Shown here piece by piece: positions 1-10,503 of a stretch of DNA of 46,809 nt (positions within the stretch are counted from its first letter, which is position 1; each line of letters begins with the position of its first letter). Source of the stretch: Pseudomonadota bacterium. GTDB lineage: Bacteria; Desulfobacterota; Desulfobulbia; Desulfobulbales; JAGXFP01. Location: assembly GCA_030673265.1 (NCBI GenBank), contig DAOVJK010000001.1, forward strand, positions 1 through 46,809, given 5' to 3'. The notes under the pieces were generated by a model. That model made no database searches. It worked only from the letters and a program-made list of their open reading frames with translations, and had not been told where the DNA came from. The translations under genes and the position numbers were made by a program.

Positions 1-914
1 ATGTTGGCCTGAATTTTAAAGGTAAAACCGGAAAAGGCGGTTTCTTCGGGATTAACGATGCGTTCGGCCGCTATCTGGGGGCCGGGAGCAGGGGCCAGTT
101 CGACAAAAGAATCAAGCAGCTCTTTGACCCCGAAGTTGTTAATGGCACTGCCAAAAAAGACCGGGGTCTGGCTGGCCTTGAGGTACTCGCCATGTTCAAA
201 GGGAGTGGCCGCCCCTGCCAATAACTCAATGTCTTCCCGCAGTTGCGCTGCCTGGTCGCCAAGCAGTTCGTCCAGTTGCGGATCGTCCAGTCCTTTGACC
301 ACCACGGTATCCTGGGGGCGAGTGTCCTGACTTGGCGTGAAGAGGTGTAGTTCCTGGCGATGAATATTGTAAACCCCCTTGAAACTTTTGCCCATACCGA
401 TAGGCCAGGAAAGCGGGGTGCATTCGATCTGGAGTTTTTCCTCGATTTCGGCCAGGATGTCTAGGGGTTCCTTGCCTTCTCGATCCAATTTATTGATAAA
501 GGTAATCACCGGAGTATTACGCATCCGGCAGACTTCCATCAACTTCTCGGTTTGCTTCTCGACACCTTTGGCGTTGTCGATCACCATCAGGGCACTGTCA
601 ACGGCAGTTAGAACCCGGTAGGTATCTTCGGAAAAATCCTGATGGCCGGGGGTATCGAGAAGGTTGATCTCGAAATCACGATAGTTAAATTTCATCACCG
701 AGGAGGTCACGGAAATACCGCGCTCCTTTTCGATTGACATCCAGTCACTGACTGCATGATTAGAGTTTTTCCGCGATTTAACTGCACCGGCCATCTGGAT
801 AGCGCCACCGAATAATAATAACTTTTCGGTCAGGGTCGTTTTACCTGCATCGGGATGGCTAATGATGCCGAAGGTTCGGCGTCGCTGGATTTCTTTCTTT
901 AATCTGCTACTCAT
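1..914 (-). CDS. prfC: peptide chain release factor 3 (translational GTPase), first ~304 codons; the 3' end runs off the window start
   Basis: Not in the supplied ORF track because there is no stop inside the window. My translation from the ATG at 914-912 reads [40 protein letters not shown]...[10 protein letters not shown]...[10 protein letters not shown]. GTPase motifs G1 (AGKTT), G3 (DTPGH) and G4 (NKLD) are present, with an RF3-type N-terminus. Confidence 0.85.
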   Translation of the reverse strand, partial: MSSRLKKEIQRRRTFGIISHPDAGKTTLTEKLLLFGGAIQMAGAVKSRKNSNHAVSDWMSIEKERGISVTSSVMKFNYRDFEINLLDTPGHQDFSEDTYRVLTAVDSALMVIDNAKGVEKQTEKLMEVCRMRNTPVITFINKLDREGKEPLDILAEIEEKLQIECTPLSWPIGMGKSFKGVYNIHRQELHLFTPSQDTRPQDTVVVKGLDDPQLDELLGDQAAQLREDIELLAGAATPFEHGEYLKASQTPVFFGSAINNFGVKELLDSFVELAPAPGPQIAAERIVNPEETAFSGFTFKIQAN

Positions 915-1223
915 TTGCTGCCTGTTATAATCAAATGTTTTAATAAGCCGGTTAGTTGGCTGGTAAGATAGATCGGAGTAAATGCTAAATCGTGGTTGTT
1001 CCCAGCTTTTCAGTGGTTAAGGGGGATTGTTCTATACACTATTCTTGGCCTGGCAACAAGAAATAAACGCAATTGGTCAAAGATTTACCGTGGAATAGCC
1101 AGTCTGTTTAGAGCCCACTCAGCAACAAATAGCTAAACTAAAATAACAGCTGGAGTTTATGGAGTGCGGTAGGGGAGCACTAAAAAAATATAAAACGTGG
1201 CTTGCTGGTAAAAAAGTGTTTTT

Positions 1224-2306
1224 TTATGCCCCTTGATCAGCACTTTCTTCATTGCGTTCTTTGCCAGCCAATTGGCCGCAGGCTGCAGAGATATCACTGC
1301 CCCGACTGGATCTGATGAAAACGGTATAGTCGGCCTTACGCAGAATCTGTTGAAAAGCTTCGGTTCGCTCCCGCGACGGGCACTGATAATCGGTACCTGG
1401 GCATTCGTTATAGGGCAGGAGGTTGATCTTGCATTTTATATCCCGTAACTTATAGGCCAATTCCCGGGCATCCGCGTCTGAATCGTTTAGCCCCTTGATC
1501 ATTATATATTCGAACATGATCATGCGGCGGCGGGGAATCGGGAAATCCCGGCAGGCCTGGATTAGTTGGTCGACCGGATATTTGCGGTTGATCGGCATCA
1601 ATCTGCTTCTGATCTCATCATTGACACTGTGTAAAGAAACTGCAAGGTTTACGGCAGTTTTTTCTCCTAACTCCTTCATCTTGGGGACTATTCCGCAGGT
1701 TGAGACGGTGATCTTGCGCCCTGAGAAATCAAGGCCCCGCTGGTCCATAAGAATATCTATGGCGGTGAGAAGATTGTCAAAATTGGCCAGCGGTTCCCCC
1801 ATCCCCATGAAGACCAGGTTGTTTATGCAGCCGTTCTTTTTATCACCGTTGCTGCACATCTCTTCCGGTAGTTCATTAATGACAGCGCAGACCTGGTTGA
1901 CAATTTCGGCCGGGGTAAGATTTCTTTTGAGGCCCATGGTGCCGGTCAGGCAAAAATCACAAGCCATGGCACAACCGACCTGGCAGGAGATACAGAGGGT
2001 GTTGCGATCTTCTTCCGGGATCAGAACAGATTCGATAATCTCACCATCATCCAGTCTGAAGGCAAATTTGATGGTGCCGTCTTCGGATTTCTCCTGCCTG
2101 GCCACCGTCAATTGACTGATCTCGGCTTTGTCGGCAAGTTTCGTCCGTAATTCCTTATTGAGGTCGGTCATCTGGCTAAAATCATAGACACCCGGCCGAT
2201 ATAACCAAGAGAATATCTGGCGGCCGCGGAAGAGCGGCAAGCCCAACTCCTTAACATAGGCAATAAGTTGGTCCTGGGTTAAATTCTTTAAATCTACTTT
2301 GCTCAT
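1224..2306 (-). CDS. rlmN: 23S rRNA/tRNA (adenine-C2)-methyltransferase, radical SAM, RlmN family
   Basis: 360-aa ORF with the radical-SAM motif CAMACDFC and an RlmN-type N-terminal region (LPLFRGRQIFSWLY). A conserved Cys lies near the C-terminus (ISAACGQL). The start overlaps the upstream stop (ATGA). Confidence 0.9.
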   Translation of the reverse strand: MSKVDLKNLTQDQLIAYVKELGLPLFRGRQIFSWLYRPGVYDFSQMTDLNKELRTKLADKAEISQLTVARQEKSEDGTIKFAFRLDDGEIIESVLIPEEDRNTLCISCQVGCAMACDFCLTGTMGLKRNLTPAEIVNQVCAVINELPEEMCSNGDKKNGCINNLVFMGMGEPLANFDNLLTAIDILMDQRGLDFSGRKITVSTCGIVPKMKELGEKTAVNLAVSLHSVNDEIRSRLMPINRKYPVDQLIQACRDFPIPRRRMIMFEYIMIKGLNDSDADARELAYKLRDIKCKINLLPYNECPGTDYQCPSRERTEAFQQILRKADYTVFIRSSRGSDISAACGQLAGKERNEESADQGA

Positions 2307-3172
2307 AACGCTCTTAGATGTTCTGGTTTTAAGGTAATCTCGCCATTTAACGCTTTAGCAATGGCGGACAGGACCGGTTGACGGTCTCGTGGCAACCGGC
2401 AATTAATCGGTAAATAATTGGAAGCATGGTTCGACTGAAACTGGAGCCGCTCAAGCTCGATATTTTCGACAATTAAGTAAAGTTCCCGTAAAAAACCGGC
2501 TTGGTCCGGCATGACAAACTCGCCTTTTTCTGCCTGCTCATAGAGAGGGGTGCCAGGTAACAGCATCAGGGTGAGGACCCCGACCTGATTGGGACTCATA
2601 GCGGAAATAACCTGGCCGGTTGCCCGGGCATGGGCCGCGGAGTTCTTACGGCCGGCGACCCCTAGTAAAACTGTCACCGACAGAAACAGTCCCGCCGCTC
2701 TGATCAGTCTGCCGGCCTTGATCATCTGCGCCGAGTCGGCCCCCTTGTTGATTGCCAGCAGGGTAGGGTCGTGGCCGCTTTCCAAGCCCATGTAGACTCT
2801 GGCCAGGCCAAGGTCCTTAAGTTGCCTTAACTCCTGTGCGCTTTTCCGCAGAATGTTTTTGGCGTTGCCATAAAGGGAAATTCGATTGACCCAGGGGAGA
2901 CGATCTCTGATTTCGGTGAAGATCGCGACCAGTTTCTGCTGGGGCAGGCTCAGGACATCGCCGTCCGCCAGAAACACCCTCTTCTGGCGTTGGCAGTAAT
3001 GGGCGGCGAACTCAAGGTCTTTTTCGATAATTCGCTCATCTTTGAGGCGGAAAAGCTCGCCGCGGTAGGTGACGCAGAAGGCGCACTTATTATGGGAGCA
3101 ACCAACGGTTATCTGCAGGATTATGCTGTTGGCCTCACTTGGCGGCCGAATGACGTTTCCTTCATAATTCAT
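2303..3172 (-). CDS. radical SAM protein of unassigned function
   Basis: 289-aa ORF with an N-terminal CxxxCxxC motif (CSHNKCAFC). Its stop overlaps the rlmN start at 2303-2306. Confidence 0.7.
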   Translation of the reverse strand: MNYEGNVIRPPSEANSIILQITVGCSHNKCAFCVTYRGELFRLKDERIIEKDLEFAAHYCQRQKRVFLADGDVLSLPQQKLVAIFTEIRDRLPWVNRISLYGNAKNILRKSAQELRQLKDLGLARVYMGLESGHDPTLLAINKGADSAQMIKAGRLIRAAGLFLSVTVLLGVAGRKNSAAHARATGQVISAMSPNQVGVLTLMLLPGTPLYEQAEKGEFVMPDQAGFLRELYLIVENIELERLQFQSNHASNYLPINCRLPRDRQPVLSAIAKALNGEITLKPEHLRAL

Positions 3173-3273
3173 TTAGGGCAACCAAGAGGCATCTGGCAAT
3201 ATCAAGCTAGCTGAGGAGATAGCGAGACCTTTGAAAATTTCAACAAAGTAGGTGCAGAAAATAAACGCGAGGG

Positions 3274-3297
3274 GACTGGTGGGGATTTCCACCAGTC
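3274..3297 (-). terminator. possible terminator hairpin downstream of serC
   Basis: 9-bp stem gactggtgg / ccaccagtc with a 6-nt loop, about 20 nt beyond the serC stop. The trailing T-rich tract on the minus strand is only moderate. Confidence 0.3.
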
Positions 3298-3317
3298 TTT
3301 ACCTCGTTATGATGTTA

Positions 3318-4397
3318 TCAGTTTTGTTGTTCAAATTTCTGCATGAATGAGATTAATTTATGAACGCCCTCGCGAGGGAAGGCATTATAAATCGAGGCCC
3401 GGCAACCGCCAACAGAACGATGGCCCTTCAATCCGTCAAAACCCTCTGCGGTGGCTTCCTGAACAAATTTGGCTTCCAATTCAGGGGTGGGCAGGTTGAA
3501 GGTAACGTTCATCAAAGGCCTTGATGTTACTTCGGCATGGCCACGATAAAAGTCAGTGGCGTCGATTGCCTTATATAAAAGAGCAGCTTTTTCGCGGTTC
3601 ATTTCTTCCATTACGGGAAGTCCACCCATTTTCTTAAGCCATTTAAGAACAAGCCCGATCACGTGGATTGAGAAGCAGGGTGGGGTGTTGAACATCGACC
3701 CTTTATCGGCATGGGTTTTATAGCGGAACATGGTAGGGATGTTTTCAGGAGTTCTGCCTATGAGGTCGTCACGGATAATAACAACCGCGCAACCCGCCGG
3801 GCCCATATTCTTCTGGGCGCCCGCGAAGATGATCCCGAATTCGCTGAAATCCAGAGATTTTGACATTATGTCTGAGGACATATCGCAGACCAGCATCTTG
3901 TCGGTCTTGGGGAATTGATGGAACTGGGTGCCATATATGGTGTTGTTTGAAACAAGGTAAAGATATTCTGAATCATCGTCAACCTGGTAATCGTCGGGGG
4001 TTGGGACATGGTTGAAGGTACTCTCCTCGCTGCTGTAGGCAACTTGCACATCTCCGAAAAATTTGGCCTCCTTGATGGCTTTTTTCGCCCAGACCCCGGT
4101 ATTCAGATAAGTTGCTTTTTTGCCCGGGCCAAGCAGATTCATCGGTACCATCGCAAACTGGGTGGAGGCACCGCCCTGGAGAAAAAGGACCTTGAAATTA
4201 TCGGGCACCCCAAGAATTTCACGTAAAAGGGCTTCGGCTTCATCTGCCACGGCGACAAACTCCTTGCTACGATGGCTCATTTCGATCAGACCGATACCTT
4301 TGTCATTGAAATTCACCACGTCTTTGGCCGCTTGCTGCAAAACTTCTAAGGGCAGGGTGCCAGGTCCGGCACTGAAATTAAATATTCTGTCTGGCAT
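3318..4397 (-). CDS. serC: phosphoserine aminotransferase
   Basis: SerC-type N-terminus MPDRIFNFSAGPGTLP in a class-V aminotransferase-length ORF. I chose the ATG at 4397 because GGAGG lies 5 nt upstream. The ORF-track start at 4430 adds 11 residues with no RBS. Confidence 0.9.
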   Translation of the reverse strand: MPDRIFNFSAGPGTLPLEVLQQAAKDVVNFNDKGIGLIEMSHRSKEFVAVADEAEALLREILGVPDNFKVLFLQGGASTQFAMVPMNLLGPGKKATYLNTGVWAKKAIKEAKFFGDVQVAYSSEESTFNHVPTPDDYQVDDDSEYLYLVSNNTIYGTQFHQFPKTDKMLVCDMSSDIMSKSLDFSEFGIIFAGAQKNMGPAGCAVVIIRDDLIGRTPENIPTMFRYKTHADKGSMFNTPPCFSIHVIGLVLKWLKKMGGLPVMEEMNREKAALLYKAIDATDFYRGHAEVTSRPLMNVTFNLPTPELEAKFVQEATAEGFDGLKGHRSVGGCRASIYNAFPREGVHKLISFMQKFEQQN

Positions 4398-4631
4398 TTG
4401 TTCCTCCGAAAAAATATATAAAAAGGTCAAATTTTCAATTGTAAATTAGGCTGTATGGATAACCTATTGAGGCGAGTTTTGCAAAAAATATCGTCCTGTG
4501 AGCTACGAAGGTAATGATTTTTAATTGGACATCACAGCCATTATTGTGATTATATCTTAGGAATGGAATTTACTGGTGTTTTTATTTGAATCATTCTGAT
4601 TCAGGATGATTGCAATTTTATAAGGTTTCCC

Positions 4632-5009
4632 GTGAGTAAACAGATATTGATTGTTGATGACAATAAAGAGTTCAATAAAATGCTTTTTGATGCTTTCAGT
4701 CACAAGGGCTACGAGGTGATCTGCGCCTTTAACGCTGAAGAAGCCTTGGTGGCGATTACTCCTGAAATCCAGGTTGTGTTCCTGGATATGAAATTACCCG
4801 GAGGTATGAGCGGCCTTGATCTCTGCCGGCAAATCAGAAAGGATCATCCTGATGCCTGCATTTATGCTATGACCGGGCATTCCTCTCTTTATGAGCTTGC
4901 CGATTGCCGCAAGGCCGGTTTTGACGACTACTTCACTAAACCGATCAAATTGGCAATGTTTTATATGGCGGCAGAGCAGGCCTTTGAGCGAGTTGCCGCA
5001 AAAAAATAA
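4632..5009 (+). CDS. single-domain response regulator (CheY-like receiver)
   Basis: 125-aa ORF with a GTG start. Receiver hallmarks are ILIVDDN, the phospho-acceptor context VFLDMKLPG, and the conserved Lys in FTKPIK. Confidence 0.8.
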   Translation: MSKQILIVDDNKEFNKMLFDAFSHKGYEVICAFNAEEALVAITPEIQVVFLDMKLPGGMSGLDLCRQIRKDHPDACIYAMTGHSSLYELADCRKAGFDDYFTKPIKLAMFYMAAEQAFERVAAKK

Positions 5010-5251
5010 AAGTAATTAAAAATTGGTTGTTTTCGTCTTGCCTGTTCTCCAGTCATTTCCGACTTGACCTCGTTGTCTCCCTCTTGTTATCTTCTGGTTT
5101 TCCGTAGTCTTATTTGTGTAAATTTATAACCATTTCATTAATTGCTACGAGTTTGTCAAGTTCTGTTGAGATAAACAGGCCAAATGTTTTTGTGGGTTAT
5201 CTCTTTCAGCTTTACCAATAGAATTATTCCTTCCCCAGCAGATAATTATTA

Positions 5252-6211
5252 ATGACAAAATCTCGTAAAAAGTCAAAGCAGCGAATAGTAGCGATAGTCG
5301 GGCCCACGGCAGTCGGGAAAACCAAGCTGGTTTTAGAGTTGGCGAATCATCTTGATGGAGAGATTGTCAATGTCGATTCCATGCAGATCTATCGATTTAT
5401 GGATATCGGCACGGCCAAGCCGTCCAGAGAAGAGCAGCGGACAGTCAGGCATCATCTCCTCGATATAGTAAATCCTGATGAGGAGTATAACGTCAGCTGT
5501 TTTGTCAATGATGCCGAGCGGGTCTGTTCTGATATAATATCTCGCGGCAAAAGGCCGATTTTAACCGGTGGCACCGGCCTCTATCTTAAGGGTTTTCAGG
5601 AAGGTGTTTTTGATATTGCTGGAGATGAAGCTGCTTTGCAACTGCGGGCCAAGCTGGAGAATGAGCTGTTAGGGAAGGGCAGGGCGCATCTTTTTGGAAG
5701 ACTGCAAAAGTGTGATAGTGTTTCGGCGGCAAGAATTCATCCCAACGATACATACCGGCTGCTCCGGACCCTGCAGGTTTTCGAACAGACAGGGATCCCC
5801 TGGTCCGTGCATCTTGCTAGGCAACAACAGGCTGTAATCGATAGCAGCCATCGATCTATATTAAAGATAGGTCTTACCTGTGATCGTGAGCAGTTGTATG
5901 AAAGAATAAATAAACGCACCAGGAAAATGTTTGAAATTGGTTTGCTGGATGAGGTCCGCAGTCTTCTTGATATGGGGTACGGACCGGATCTTAAGGCCAT
6001 GCAGTCAATAGGATATCGGCACGCGGTTAAGTTTCTGGCTGGCGAATGGGATAAAGACGAAGCGCTTAGAATAATGGCCAGGGATACTCGCCGTTACGCC
6101 AAGCGCCAGTTTACCTGGTTTAAAAAAGATCAACAAATTAGCTGGTTTAACCCTAAACAGGTTACAGAAATTTCTAGTACAATAAACACATATTTGGACG
6201 AATCCCTATGA
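5252..6211 (+). CDS. miaA: tRNA dimethylallyltransferase
   Basis: 319-aa ORF with the P-loop GPTAVGKT, VNVDSMQIYRFMDIGTAKP and LTGGTGLY motifs typical of MiaA. Confidence 0.9.
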   Translation: MTKSRKKSKQRIVAIVGPTAVGKTKLVLELANHLDGEIVNVDSMQIYRFMDIGTAKPSREEQRTVRHHLLDIVNPDEEYNVSCFVNDAERVCSDIISRGKRPILTGGTGLYLKGFQEGVFDIAGDEAALQLRAKLENELLGKGRAHLFGRLQKCDSVSAARIHPNDTYRLLRTLQVFEQTGIPWSVHLARQQQAVIDSSHRSILKIGLTCDREQLYERINKRTRKMFEIGLLDEVRSLLDMGYGPDLKAMQSIGYRHAVKFLAGEWDKDEALRIMARDTRRYAKRQFTWFKKDQQISWFNPKQVTEISSTINTYLDESL

Positions 6212-6741
6212 ATATCCCTAATAGTATAACCCTTGTTCGGATAATCCTGGTACCGGTCATGCTCTATTTTATGATAGAAGGACAGGACCTGCTGGCCTTA
6301 TTGATTTTTGTGATAGCTGCTATAAGTGATGGCCTGGATGGTTTTTTTGCCAAGATTTTACATCAACAGACCAGGCTTGGCGCTTTTCTTGACCCAATCG
6401 CCGACAAGCTTCTGTTGGGTACCGCCTTTATTGTCCTGGCCATTTCCGGTTTGGCGCCCAGTTGGCTGGCGATCATGGTCGTTAGTCGGGATTTAATGAT
6501 CATGACCGGTATCGGCATCCTGGCTTGGGACAAAGACTTTCCGGCAATCAAGCCAACAATTGATGGCAAGCTGACGACACTCTTGCAGATAATCACCATC
6601 GGTTTTCTGCTTGGTCATCAGTATACAGAACCATACCAATGGCTCCATTTTCCTCTTATGACTACCACCGGGTTCTTTACGGCCATTTCTGGAGCACGTT
6701 ACATGATGACCGGCTTTAGTCTTCTTGGTAGTACTAGATAA
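6208..6741 (+). CDS. pgsA: CDP-alcohol phosphatidyltransferase (phosphatidylglycerophosphate synthase-like)
   Basis: 177-aa polytopic ORF carrying the CDP-OH transferase motif DGLDGFFAK...GAFLDPIADK. It overlaps miaA by 4 nt. Confidence 0.8.
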   Translation: MNIPNSITLVRIILVPVMLYFMIEGQDLLALLIFVIAAISDGLDGFFAKILHQQTRLGAFLDPIADKLLLGTAFIVLAISGLAPSWLAIMVVSRDLMIMTGIGILAWDKDFPAIKPTIDGKLTTLLQIITIGFLLGHQYTEPYQWLHFPLMTTTGFFTAISGARYMMTGFSLLGSTR

Positions 6742-6795
6742 GCACCTGCTTCCTGCTAAATATATCCACTACCTAAAGAATAACATTAAGGTATT

Positions 6796-8538
6796 ATGAG
6801 TCATAGCCTACCTGAAAAACATTGGGACTTTCAGTCTGCTGAACAGGGAGTGGTGTTCGATGGGATACCGTTGTTGATCTCTGCCCTGTTGGCCCAAAAA
6901 GGTTTTAAAAGCTGTAAAGATGTAGAGGGGTTTCTGAATCCATCACTTGATCAGCTCCCTTTGCCGACAGACATGTCGGGGCTTGCCGAGGCAGTGGCTA
7001 TTCTGGAAAAGGGGCTTGTCGATAAAACTACAGTTCTGATTTATGGCGATTACGATGCCGACGGCATTACCTCAATCGCACTATTGTTATCCTTTTTCAA
7101 GGAGATAGGGCTTGCCTGTTGCTACTATATCCCCGACAGATTAACCGAAGGGTATGGTCTCAACGCAGAAGCCTTGCGGAGAGTTCGGGGAGAGCCGGAT
7201 CTGGTTGGTTGTCAGGAGCCAATCTTGATTACCGTTGATTGCGGGATCTCGGCCCACGCTGAAGTTGCCGAGGCGCAACGACTGGGTTTTCAGGTGATAG
7301 TCACCGATCATCACCAGCCGCCGCCGATTTTGCCGGAAGCAGAGGCGGTAGTAAACCCCCATAGGAAAGATTGTCTTTTTCCCTATAAGGAGCTGGCCGG
7401 GGTCGGGGTTGCTTTTTACCTTGTTGCCGCATTGCGGGCGCATTTGATAGAAAAAAAATATTGGCCGCAGGGCAGGCAGCCAAATTTAAAGAGATATCTC
7501 GATCTGGTAGCCATCGGCTCGGTTGCTGACATGGTCTCGTTGACCGGGGCCAACCGGATATTGGTCAAAGCGGGCCTGGAGGTTATGGCAGATAAGCCCA
7601 GGCCGGGTGTTCGGGCTCTTATGAAAAAGGCTGGGATCTCACCGGCTTCCATAAACTCAGGCCACCTTGGTTTTCAGATAGCCCCTAGAATTAATGCGGC
7701 CGGTCGAGTAGGTAATCCTCGTTTGGCGGTGGAGCTTCTGGTAGGGAAGGAGCCCGGCAAGGTGGCTGGCTATGCTGATGAGTTGGAAAATGCCAATAAG
7801 TTCCGGAAAGAGTTGTCTGAAAAAATATTCCAGGAGGCGTGTCTCCAGGCAGAAGTGCAGATTGAGAAGGGCAGGAATACCCTGGTTCTGGCCGATAGTG
7901 ACTGGCACGTCGGTGTTGCCGGACTGGTCGCATCGCGAATAGCTAAAGCCTATTATCGTCCTGCAGTTGTACTGGTCTCGGGCGATAAGGGACTGGCGAG
8001 TGGGTCGGTCCGATCTATCGATGGTATTAATGTTTTCGAGGTCCTCGAAGAATGCTCAGATCTGCTTGAAAAGTTTGGTGGGCACAAGGCAGCAGCCGGG
8101 CTTACTGTGAAAAATGATGTGATAGAAGATTTTTCTGCAAAATTTGAAGCCTCTGTAAATCAAAAAATAGAAGGGATTGATCTACGACCGACGATCCGTG
8201 TAAACCTCAAGGCCTCAATTGATGAGCTGATGGACGATAATTTCCTTGCATGCTATGAAAAACTGGAACCTTTTGGCAATGGCAACCAGGAGCCGGTCTT
8301 TTGTAGTGAAGGTGAGGCGGTTGATCTTTTTGATGCCCGGAAAATCGGCAAGGATTCAATGCGATTTAGTTTTGGTAGGGATGGCGCCGTTGTCAGTGGA
8401 GTTGCTTTTGGAATGGCGCATCTCTTGCCGACCGTAAAAGATGGGGCGGTCAGGATGGCTTTCAGGGTTACAAAAAATGAATTCCGCGGAATAAGCAAAT
8501 GGGAAGTTCGGGCGGAAGACATTAAACCCCTAGTTTAA
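6796..8538 (+). CDS. recJ: single-stranded-DNA-specific exonuclease RecJ
   Basis: 580-aa ORF with the DHH-family motifs GDYDADGITS, VDCG, VTDHH and GGHKAAAG. Confidence 0.9.
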   Translation: MSHSLPEKHWDFQSAEQGVVFDGIPLLISALLAQKGFKSCKDVEGFLNPSLDQLPLPTDMSGLAEAVAILEKGLVDKTTVLIYGDYDADGITSIALLLSFFKEIGLACCYYIPDRLTEGYGLNAEALRRVRGEPDLVGCQEPILITVDCGISAHAEVAEAQRLGFQVIVTDHHQPPPILPEAEAVVNPHRKDCLFPYKELAGVGVAFYLVAALRAHLIEKKYWPQGRQPNLKRYLDLVAIGSVADMVSLTGANRILVKAGLEVMADKPRPGVRALMKKAGISPASINSGHLGFQIAPRINAAGRVGNPRLAVELLVGKEPGKVAGYADELENANKFRKELSEKIFQEACLQAEVQIEKGRNTLVLADSDWHVGVAGLVASRIAKAYYRPAVVLVSGDKGLASGSVRSIDGINVFEVLEECSDLLEKFGGHKAAAGLTVKNDVIEDFSAKFEASVNQKIEGIDLRPTIRVNLKASIDELMDDNFLACYEKLEPFGNGNQEPVFCSEGEAVDLFDARKIGKDSMRFSFGRDGAVVSGVAFGMAHLLPTVKDGAVRMAFRVTKNEFRGISKWEVRAEDIKPLV

Positions 8539-8760
8539 CATACTGTTTTTACGTTATATTTGCTTAACTATACATAATATACATTATGCGACATAGCTGA
8601 TATGGGCTATAAATCGGCTCTTCACAAAACAAATGAATGAAAAGCCCGATATTTTACTGGCGAACACTATTAAAGGACGAACCGTTTACCTTATACGAGC
8701 ATTTCCCGGCTAATTTTGGTAAAGGAATCCAAACATAAAAAACAAGTCCAGGAGCATTAA

Positions 8761-10206
8761 ATGAACCGCGATATCTATCAGGAACCCCTTGTTGGCCGTT
8801 ACACCAGTACAGAGATGCAATCTGTCTTCTCGGAAAGAAACCGCATTGAGAACTGGCGTCGCTGCTGGATAGCCCTCGCTGAGGCCCAGAATGAGCTTGG
8901 CCTTGGCGATATTGTAACCCCGGAAATGGTCGCGGAGCTTAAAGCCCATGCGAAAGACATCGATTTCGAGGTTGCTGCGGCCAAAGAAAAAGAGATCCGC
9001 CATGATGTCATGGCCCATGTTTACGCTTACGGGCAAAAATGCCCTACTGCCGAACCGATTATTCACCTGGGGGCCACCTCGCAGTTCGTGGGCTGCAATG
9101 CCGACCTTATCCTCCATAGACAAGCCTTGCGGCTGGTTAAGAAATCGTTGCTTAATGTTATCTCTAATCTGGCCGTTTTCTGTCGTAAGCACAAAGAGCT
9201 GGCTACGCTTGGCTATACGCATTACCAGCCCGCTCAGCCGACTACGGTCGGCAAGCGCCACACTCTGTATATCCAGGATCTCTTAATGGACCTGGACTAC
9301 ATTGAGGGCCTGGAGTTGCAGATCAAAGCCAGGGGTGCCAAGGGTACTGTCGGCACCCAGGCCACCTTTCTGGAGTTATTCAAGGGTGATCATAAAAAGG
9401 TTAGGGAGCTAGATGAGCTTGTTGCCTTAAAGCTCGGATTTAACGATGTTTTCCACGTTACCGGCCAGACATATACTCGCAAGCTCGATATGAAAATAGG
9501 GGAAACAATGGCCGGCATTGGTTCGTCGGCCCACAAATTTGCCGTCGACCTTCGTCTTCTTTCCAACCTCAAGGTCCAGGAAGAGCCTTTTGCCAAAAAG
9601 CAAGTTGGTAGTTCCGCTATGGCTTACAAGCGCAATCCTATGCGCTCTGAGCGCATGACCGGCCTGGCCCGCAAGCTGATGGGCCTGTCCGCTGATTTTG
9701 CCGCAACCTTTGCTAATCACTGGTTTGAGCGCACCCTTGACGATTCGGCCATCAGACGGATGGACATCCCTCAGGCCTTTTTGCTAACCGATGCGGTGTT
9801 AAAGTTATACCTTAACATTACCAGTGATATGGTTGTTTTTCCTAAACAAATAAGCAAACACCTCCTCCAAGAGCTACCTTTTATGGCCACAGAGAAGATC
9901 CTTATGGCCAGTGTTGAACGCGGCAAGAGTCGCCAGGAAATGCATGAGGTCGTTAAGGTTCATTCGGTTGCCGCAGGCCGTGTCGTAAAAGAGGAAGGTC
10001 TCGACAACGATCTCCTTAAAAGACTGGCTGATGACGAGGCTATCCCCTTTTCCCAGGAGGAATTGGCTGAATTGGTCGGTGATGGCAGTGAATTTACCGG
10101 TCGAGCCAGCGCCCAAACCGATGAATATCTCGATGAGGTCGTTGTCCCCTGCCTGGACAGATACAAAGATCTTTTAGGCGGCATTGACAGCTCACTTTCG
10201 GTCTAA
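8761..10206 (+). CDS. purB: adenylosuccinate lyase
   Basis: 481-aa ORF with the fumarate-lyase signature GSSAMAYKRNPMRSE. An AGGAG RBS sits upstream of the ATG at 8761. Confidence 0.9.
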   Translation: MNRDIYQEPLVGRYTSTEMQSVFSERNRIENWRRCWIALAEAQNELGLGDIVTPEMVAELKAHAKDIDFEVAAAKEKEIRHDVMAHVYAYGQKCPTAEPIIHLGATSQFVGCNADLILHRQALRLVKKSLLNVISNLAVFCRKHKELATLGYTHYQPAQPTTVGKRHTLYIQDLLMDLDYIEGLELQIKARGAKGTVGTQATFLELFKGDHKKVRELDELVALKLGFNDVFHVTGQTYTRKLDMKIGETMAGIGSSAHKFAVDLRLLSNLKVQEEPFAKKQVGSSAMAYKRNPMRSERMTGLARKLMGLSADFAATFANHWFERTLDDSAIRRMDIPQAFLLTDAVLKLYLNITSDMVVFPKQISKHLLQELPFMATEKILMASVERGKSRQEMHEVVKVHSVAAGRVVKEEGLDNDLLKRLADDEAIPFSQEELAELVGDGSEFTGRASAQTDEYLDEVVVPCLDRYKDLLGGIDSSLSV

Positions 10207-10418
10207 TGGCTAACAAACCACCCGTGCTGGCGATATTGTATACCAGGATACCCCTTCGTAAGATCGCGCTATTGAAGTTCCTTTTAGAGGGATATGACGG
10301 GCTTGCAATACTGACAACCGTTAATCGTGAGATTGGCCTGATCTCCATACGGTATTTTCCGTCCTGTCGAGACGAATTAGTTGGCATGCTTGAATCGATC
10401 CAACCAGATCTAGTCTGA
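10206..10418 (+). CDS. small conserved-looking hypothetical protein (70 aa), translationally coupled to purB
   Basis: Its ATG overlaps the purB stop (TAATG). I see no recognisable motif. I vaguely recall a roughly 70-aa DUF family next to purB in deltaproteobacteria but cannot verify that. Confidence 0.45.
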   Translation: MANKPPVLAILYTRIPLRKIALLKFLLEGYDGLAILTTVNREIGLISIRYFPSCRDELVGMLESIQPDLV

Positions 10419-10503
10419 GCTAAACCTAGAAATAGCATTAGGTCTGTGTGTTATGTGGTTGTAGATGCGTTGAAATAACAAAAAAATAGAGAGTTTTACA
10501 GGT

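Noticed and set aside
58-621. Four short ORFs in the track (58-330+, 71-262-, 226-423-, 379-621+) at the window start
   Set aside because: They all lie inside or opposite the clearly conserved prfC reading frame (minus strand, frame ending at 914). Their translations are low-complexity Ser/Ala/Pro/Arg-rich shadows.
1495-2115. 206-aa plus-strand ORF
   Set aside because: It is antisense to rlmN, which has strong family motifs. The translation has no motifs and a shadow-ORF composition.
8710-9261. 183-aa minus-strand ORF overlapping the purB start
   Set aside because: It is antisense to purB, which has an RBS and a lyase signature, and it has no features of its own.
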